IMG/VR virus record: IMGVR_UViG_3300031992_000091
Location: 1,086-65,085 of that record
Source: a virus
Lineage: Duplodnaviria; Caudoviricetes
Length of the DNA: 64,000 nucleotides
Strand: one strand, 5' to 3'
Position 1 is the stretch's first letter. Every line of letters begins with the position of its first letter. Below are positions 59,326-64,000 of this stretch, one piece after another. The notes below the pieces were generated by a model. The model ran no database searches. It was not told the origin of the DNA and was given only the letters and a program-made list of their open reading frames with translations. Position numbers and translations under genes: made by a program.

Positions 59326-61076
59326 TATTCGAATGCCTCTCTGTTCAACTTATATGCCACATAGGCATCCATCATAGCGGCAACAGCATCAATCTTCTGA
59401 TCGTATCGCCGCTTATAAAGTTTTCTGTTACCGTTTGTATCCTCCAAAGTGATACAGTTACCCATCGCAAATTTCATAAGTTCCTCGTCAAACAAAAGAA
59501 GCCGCTCCTCAGCAAGTTTCTTTAACTCACCAAGAGGAACGGATTCTGTACGGGCACCCTGAATCACCTTCTCTATCCCGTAAGGAGAATTTTCTTTTGC
59601 CCAACGCTCTACGAAATCTTTTGCGTTGTATGGATCGTAACCAAAACACCTAACATCATACTGATTGTCATCAATGTATTTGATTAGATCTTCATACACG
59701 TCAATCATGTCAAGAACAGTGCCTGGCATGATGATTAAACTTCCCTCGTCTATAAACTTGTCATACTGCTGACGCAAAGATGGATGAAGTTTGAATAGTG
59801 TATGTTCTGTTATGTAATTGTGTGTCTTTACTCCGAATGACCCATTTTGAAAAGGGAATAGAAATGTGAAAGAACAGAAGTCATCACCCATTGACAAGTC
59901 GCCGCCCATAGCACATGGTAGCTGCCAGAACTCTCTTTTTCGGTGTAAGAGTGTTTCTTCATATGTGAAGAAGTATGTATGACCTTCCGTGGGGATACCA
60001 AATCTCTTCGCCAAGATTTCATTCCTAGCCGAAGGGACGTTTTTCATCTTTTGGACTTCTTCCTGATAGGTCTCATAAGAAACTGTGAGATCGAGATTAG
60101 GGTTTGCTTTAACCCACATGTCCGGATTGTCAACTTCCTTAATATTGTCAAGTTTGTACCACCAAATCGAGACATGAGGATTGTTATACTTACCGGTAAG
60201 AATGTCCATCAGCTCCATCTTAATAGTGTCGCCAATACCGTTTCGGGTCGTTCCTTCTGAACTGGTGGCTAAGATGATATAGTCAGGAGCCAACCCCTTT
60301 GCTCCACCCTGCTGAATAGCGGTAATCGGGTTTTCAGGAAGATCACCAGAAAGCCATTCATCAAGCGTCGCACATTTGACTCTCAGTCCCTGAAGTTTGT
60401 CAATCTTGAGCGGACGAATCTCCAGGTAACTATTAGTAAAGTTGTTCTCGATACCCTTTTTGGAAGAATATAGATGCTTTCTATTCATCCGGTTTCCAGT
60501 AGTGTTCTGAACAGAACCCTGAGTCATTAGCTGGAACACCGGACCTTTAGCTCGTGTAATGGCTGTAGCAAAAGGCTGCATTACTTCCTCAGACTGTTTC
60601 ATTGTCGGAGAGGTAGTTATCTGATGTGTGGTAGATCTGTCTACAACGAGTGTGTAAGCCTGTACGAATGTATCGTATAGTGACTTAGCAGCGCCTCGCC
60701 CCACGATCAAATACTGAATATTGATAAGACGTTTCTTTATTCGCTTTGTGACATAGTGTCCACCGGAACCATCTCCGTTCGGTTTGTATACGCTTTTCTC
60801 AATAAAATAATACCAACCATAAAGTTGCTCTGCCCAAAGCTTAAAAGAAAAGAGGACATGTACGTCCCCTCCATCAGTAAGCGTCATTTCGTTTTCGCAG
60901 AAGTAAATCCAGCCCTCTACAACTGATTCATCATAGTAAATTTTAGGATCATCAATCAGCTTGTCGATCCTATTCATCTCTAGAGAGATTTGTTCATTGA
61001 CAGGAATCTCTCCTCTGATTACGGCATCTCGAAACTCGCCGTAATACTTCGGTACAGCAGTGTTCGATAGTGCCAT
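59325..61076 (-). CDS. terL: Terminase large subunit
   Basis: VGRGAAKS Walker A, TLDEW Walker B, ATSSEG motif III, GGDLS..DD and KIDAVAAMMDA nuclease motifs. Confidence 0.95.
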   Translation of the reverse strand: MALSNTAVPKYYGEFRDAVIRGEIPVNEQISLEMNRIDKLIDDPKIYYDESVVEGWIYFCENEMTLTDGGDVHVLFSFKLWAEQLYGWYYFIEKSVYKPNGDGSGGHYVTKRIKKRLINIQYLIVGRGAAKSLYDTFVQAYTLVVDRSTTHQITTSPTMKQSEEVMQPFATAITRAKGPVFQLMTQGSVQNTTGNRMNRKHLYSSKKGIENNFTNSYLEIRPLKIDKLQGLRVKCATLDEWLSGDLPENPITAIQQGGAKGLAPDYIILATSSEGTTRNGIGDTIKMELMDILTGKYNNPHVSIWWYKLDNIKEVDNPDMWVKANPNLDLTVSYETYQEEVQKMKNVPSARNEILAKRFGIPTEGHTYFFTYEETLLHRKREFWQLPCAMGGDLSMGDDFCSFTFLFPFQNGSFGVKTHNYITEHTLFKLHPSLRQQYDKFIDEGSLIIMPGTVLDMIDVYEDLIKYIDDNQYDVRCFGYDPYNAKDFVERWAKENSPYGIEKVIQGARTESVPLGELKKLAEERLLLFDEELMKFAMGNCITLEDTNGNRKLYKRRYDQKIDAVAAMMDAYVAYKLNREAFE

Positions 61077-61094
61077 TTTGAATTGTTCCTTTAT

Positions 61095-61823
61095 TCAGTT
61101 ATATCTGGTAAATCCTTTATTAGCCGTTCTCTTTTCCGGGTCAAACATTATCAATGGTAAGTCAGCCATGTTTGAAACCCAATCGTTAGGATCGACTATA
61201 GCTCCGTATTTGTTCTGTTTTTTATAGTCCGCTATAACTTCGTCAACATGCTTTGATAATGTATCAGTAACAAATTTATCTAGTCGGTCTCTAGACGTGT
61301 TTTGCTTACTCCATTCGTCAAGCTCGGTATCAAAGTATTTTCCATCAAAGTCCTCGATATAGTCCGATCTAGCTTCTGCATCTTTAAAACGCTTTTCAAG
61401 TTCTTTTCTATTGTTCAAATCGGACATCAAAGTATCCGCGTCTTTACCACCATATTTATTAATAAGATCCTCGACTACTTTTTCACCACGTTTAACGCGA
61501 ACGTCCTGAGTTAATTCCTTTGTATGTTCCCCATACATTTTGTGATAATCAAGAAACAAACCACCTTCGGAACCTAATTCTTGATAAGTTTCTCTGTCTT
61601 TATCGGTAACACTCATATACTGGTGCCCGGTAGTTTGTTTATCATCAGCATTGGCTATGCGATATGCTTTAGTTCCTTTTTCCAGAACAAAGCTATCTTC
61701 ATCACCGTTATCGTCATAACGTTTCTTACCGGCGCTGGTTAATGTTCCATCTTTATTCTGGAATCTCCTGACGCCCCATTTCATCCCCAATATACCGAAA
61801 TGATATAATTCATCTTGTCGCAT
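61095..61823 (-). CDS. HHG-tag protein 2
   Basis: MRQDELYHFGILGMKWGVRRFQNKDGTLT; true start at 61823. Confidence 0.65.
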   Translation of the reverse strand: MRQDELYHFGILGMKWGVRRFQNKDGTLTSAGKKRYDDNGDEDSFVLEKGTKAYRIANADDKQTTGHQYMSVTDKDRETYQELGSEGGLFLDYHKMYGEHTKELTQDVRVKRGEKVVEDLINKYGGKDADTLMSDLNNRKELEKRFKDAEARSDYIEDFDGKYFDTELDEWSKQNTSRDRLDKFVTDTLSKHVDEVIADYKKQNKYGAIVDPNDWVSNMADLPLIMFDPEKRTANKGFTRYN

Positions 61824-61888
61824 GTTTTCTCCAAATAAAAAAAAAAAAGAAGAGAAAGCAGCAATCGCCACTTTATACTCTCTCCCTT

Positions 61889-61914
61889 TCATAAAAGGAC
61901 CTGAAAATTTTGCG
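61889..61914 (-). promoter_or_regulatory. Phage promoter motif P21 (identical to P1)
   Basis: CGCAAAATTTTCAGGTCCTTTTATGA. Confidence 0.75.
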
Positions 61915-61920
61915 TATATA

Positions 61921-62712
61921 TTATCCGACGCTTGTTAGTTTCACTGAATTTTGTGGATCAAGGAGTATGATTGGATAATCAGCAAATCCACTGTCTTCTA
62001 TATCAACAATAGCGTCATATCCAAGTTTCTTATAATGCTCGCTAATTTCATTCATAGTTTTATTATCGGCAAAAGTTTTCTGTAAAAAACTCGCCGCTGA
62101 TTTGTAGTTATCATTAAAAGACGTCTTTTGTGCCGCTTCAATTAACTTCACATCTCTTTTTGACAAATCGGCAAAATATTTTCTTTCACCAAATTCATTC
62201 CGCATTTCATATGACAATGCTAAATCATTGTGCTCATCATAAAAATCTCGAAGACGCTTATCGCCGTATTTACTAAAAACATAGTCTACAACGTTCTTTT
62301 CCGAAGCAACTTTTAAGTCTTTTACAGACTCATAGGTATATAATTTTGTATTAAGACGATCTTTTACATTTATCATGCCTTCCATTGCTAGTTCAGAATA
62401 TCGCTGTTTATCGTCGTACGTTAAACTAGCATATTTTCGATTATGATCAAGCGTTTCCCCGGCATCAGCCCATCTGTTTATAGTAGACCCGCTTTTTATT
62501 AAATCATCATTTCCCTTTGTAATTCCGCTTCGATCGATCTTTAACTGTTTATAGTCAGTTCTATCTTCATATAACATCGACTTTTTATAGTTGTTAACAA
62601 TTTCTTTATATCGTCTTTTACCAGCCTTGGTTAAAGTTCCATCTTTGTTCTGATATCGTCTTATACCCCAGCGTTGTCCGAGAATGCCATGATGGTAAAG
62701 TTCGTTAACCAT
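61921..62712 (-). CDS. HHG-tag protein 3 (paralog of protein 2)
   Basis: MVNELYHHGILGQRWGIRRYQNKDGTLT; true start at 62712. Confidence 0.65.
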   Translation of the reverse strand: MVNELYHHGILGQRWGIRRYQNKDGTLTKAGKRRYKEIVNNYKKSMLYEDRTDYKQLKIDRSGITKGNDDLIKSGSTINRWADAGETLDHNRKYASLTYDDKQRYSELAMEGMINVKDRLNTKLYTYESVKDLKVASEKNVVDYVFSKYGDKRLRDFYDEHNDLALSYEMRNEFGERKYFADLSKRDVKLIEAAQKTSFNDNYKSAASFLQKTFADNKTMNEISEHYKKLGYDAIVDIEDSGFADYPIILLDPQNSVKLTSVG

Positions 62713-63049
62713 TTCTAAAGTCCTGCTCTTCCTGGCATCGCCATTCAAACTCAGCAATAAGCTTTTCTATTGATCCAATAACGGTTCCGCTCTGAGGCGG
62801 GTCAAATACGAGCTTAACTTTGAGATAGACATACGACTTAACACTCTCAAGCCAAGTAGCATCTGACAAAAAATCGGACCAAACAGCAGAGTCATCTGAA
62901 ATAGAGAACCCGTCGGTTGGTCCGATCCCAAGTTGCATAAGAATCATAAACACCGAATTGATGTGCATGATGATGTCGGCATCGAAGTGTGTGTATTCTT
63001 CGGTAATGCCCAATAGCTTCTTAATTGAAGTTAGAATACTTTCATTCAT
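62705..63049 (-). CDS. Head-tail connector (gp6-like)
   Basis: SILTSIKKLLGI...FD..II.HIN......LG...Y.YLKVKL.FDPP. Confidence 0.75.
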   Translation of the reverse strand: MNESILTSIKKLLGITEEYTHFDADIIMHINSVFMILMQLGIGPTDGFSISDDSAVWSDFLSDATWLESVKSYVYLKVKLVFDPPQSGTVIGSIEKLIAEFEWRCQEEQDFRNG

Positions 63050-63068
63050 GTTACATAGTTACCCCCTC

Positions 63069-63500
63069 TCAAGTTAACCACGGACATGTGTCGTTCGGTC
63101 TTCGTTCTACATATACCTCTGGAAGAAGGCTCTCGTCTCCGTAGTGTATTGCATTGTGCGTATCGTGGCTGACGCAGATCAGATACTCTGGATTAAGAAG
63201 CTCCATAGCGTCCTCTCCAGTCATGTCATCGATTGTGAACGGATTCATATGGTGAATAATCACCTTACCAAGAATATCTCTCCCTTCAATACCAAGATCG
63301 CAAGCGCCGTCTCTGACTATTACCTGATCTCGTATTCGTTTCCACTCTGGCGAGCGATAAAATTTCTGGTTGAAATATCGGTCCGCGCCAAAAGTGTCTC
63401 TGCCAACGGCTCCATGTAACTTAAGATAGCGGAAACGGTCTTCAAATGTTGGAAGCTGGATGAGTTCACTATAAGTCTTAATAATCTTCTTCGTACTCAT
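63069..63500 (-). CDS. Packaging-associated HNH endonuclease
   Basis: W..IR..VI.RD..CDLG...IIHHMNP...NPEYLICVSHDTHNAIH; true start MSTKK. Confidence 0.8.
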   Translation of the reverse strand: MSTKKIIKTYSELIQLPTFEDRFRYLKLHGAVGRDTFGADRYFNQKFYRSPEWKRIRDQVIVRDGACDLGIEGRDILGKVIIHHMNPFTIDDMTGEDAMELLNPEYLICVSHDTHNAIHYGDESLLPEVYVERRPNDTCPWLT

Positions 63501-63846
63501 CACCATTCTCCTCATCATCTTCGTTTTCTTTTCCACGATAAAGAGAGAAGCACCGCATCGCTTTCTCCAAAAGTTCTGCATCACGTTTACCGGCCTTAAT
63601 AGCTTCAGCCTGTGCGTTGGCTTTTGCTGTTTCAGCTCTTAGTTTTTCGATCTCAAGCTGGTTTTTAGTCGTACCAAGCTTTAAAAAATGAGTAATGACC
63701 TGCGATGAGGCAGTGCCGTCAATCATTTGTTGCTCTGCTAGCCGGTTGGCTAAATATATCTGTCTATTCTCCCAGGCTTCGGGAGATAAGGCAGGTCTTA
63801 GTTTAACTTCTTGCCCACTTTCAGTAGACTTTTTTCGTCTTCCCAT
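63478..63846 (-). CDS. Probable terminase small subunit
   Basis: First gene of the packaging module; small, helical, basic N-terminus. Confidence 0.5.
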   Translation of the reverse strand: MGRRKKSTESGQEVKLRPALSPEAWENRQIYLANRLAEQQMIDGTASSQVITHFLKLGTTKNQLEIEKLRAETAKANAQAEAIKAGKRDAELLEKAMRCFSLYRGKENEDDEENGDEYEEDY

Positions 63847-64000
63847 TAACTTATCTCCTCTTTTACGTCACCCAAGGGAAGCCCAAACCGTGAAAGAAGC
63901 GGTAGGAGGATTAAGGAACCGCTCAGAAAGGAGTAGTCTGAGCGCCCCTTGGCTGATGTAAAACCAAATATCAAATTTTACCCCCGGAGAAAATATAAAG

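Noticed and set aside
61824-61892. N-terminal extension MKGREYKVAIAAFSSFFFLFGEN as a signal peptide
   Set aside because: It is the translated promoter-leader and T-tract. The true start is at 61823, where the tag aligns with its paralogs.
1182-63961. Numerous plus-strand ORFs in the track (e.g. 3573-4310, 6009-6659, 47720-49306, 55414-56406)
   Set aside because: They are antisense shadows of well-supported minus-strand genes, with no RBS or recognisable motif.
63960-64000. cos/pac site upstream of terS (AAATTTTACCCCCGGAGAAAAT)
   Set aside because: The position is plausible, but the sequence is cut by the window edge and termini cannot be inferred without reads.

Overview
This window looks like a near-complete (~64 kb) temperate siphovirus genome of a Clostridia-like Firmicute, in the excised (attP-intact) state. 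Essentially every real gene is on the minus strand. Read in the direction of transcription (64000 to 1), the modules are: terS, HNH, head-tail connector, three proteins sharing an N-terminal ELYH(H/F)GIxGxxWGxRR tag, terL, portal, protease-capsid fusion, tail genes, 7.1-kb tape measure, tail tip, holins, SGNH esterase, accessory fibre genes, tyrosine integrase plus attP, a long array of promoter-gene-terminator cassettes, a 1351-aa helicase-primase-PolB fusion, SF2 helicase, nucleotide-metabolism genes, two multi-domain endolysins, an RHH gene beside a palindromic repeat region (likely origin), two nucleases, and a two-barrel RNA polymerase gene (GADFDGD) that runs off the left edge and is missing from the ORF track. 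The overall layout resembles Lactococcus phage 1706-like / ReqiPepy6-like phages (recalled similarity, not searched). The most striking unannotated layer is an apparently self-contained transcription system. It has the phage RNA polymerase and 21 co-oriented copies of a non-sigma70 motif, CGC-N17-TTATRR. Several copies drive small folded RNAs instead of proteins, including a 75-nt tRNA look-alike whose anticodon loop is replaced by a GNRA tetraloop. The polymerase also carries a variant of the N-terminal tag found on the putative internal head proteins. All coordinates and structures were worked out by hand; no database searches or folding programs were run.
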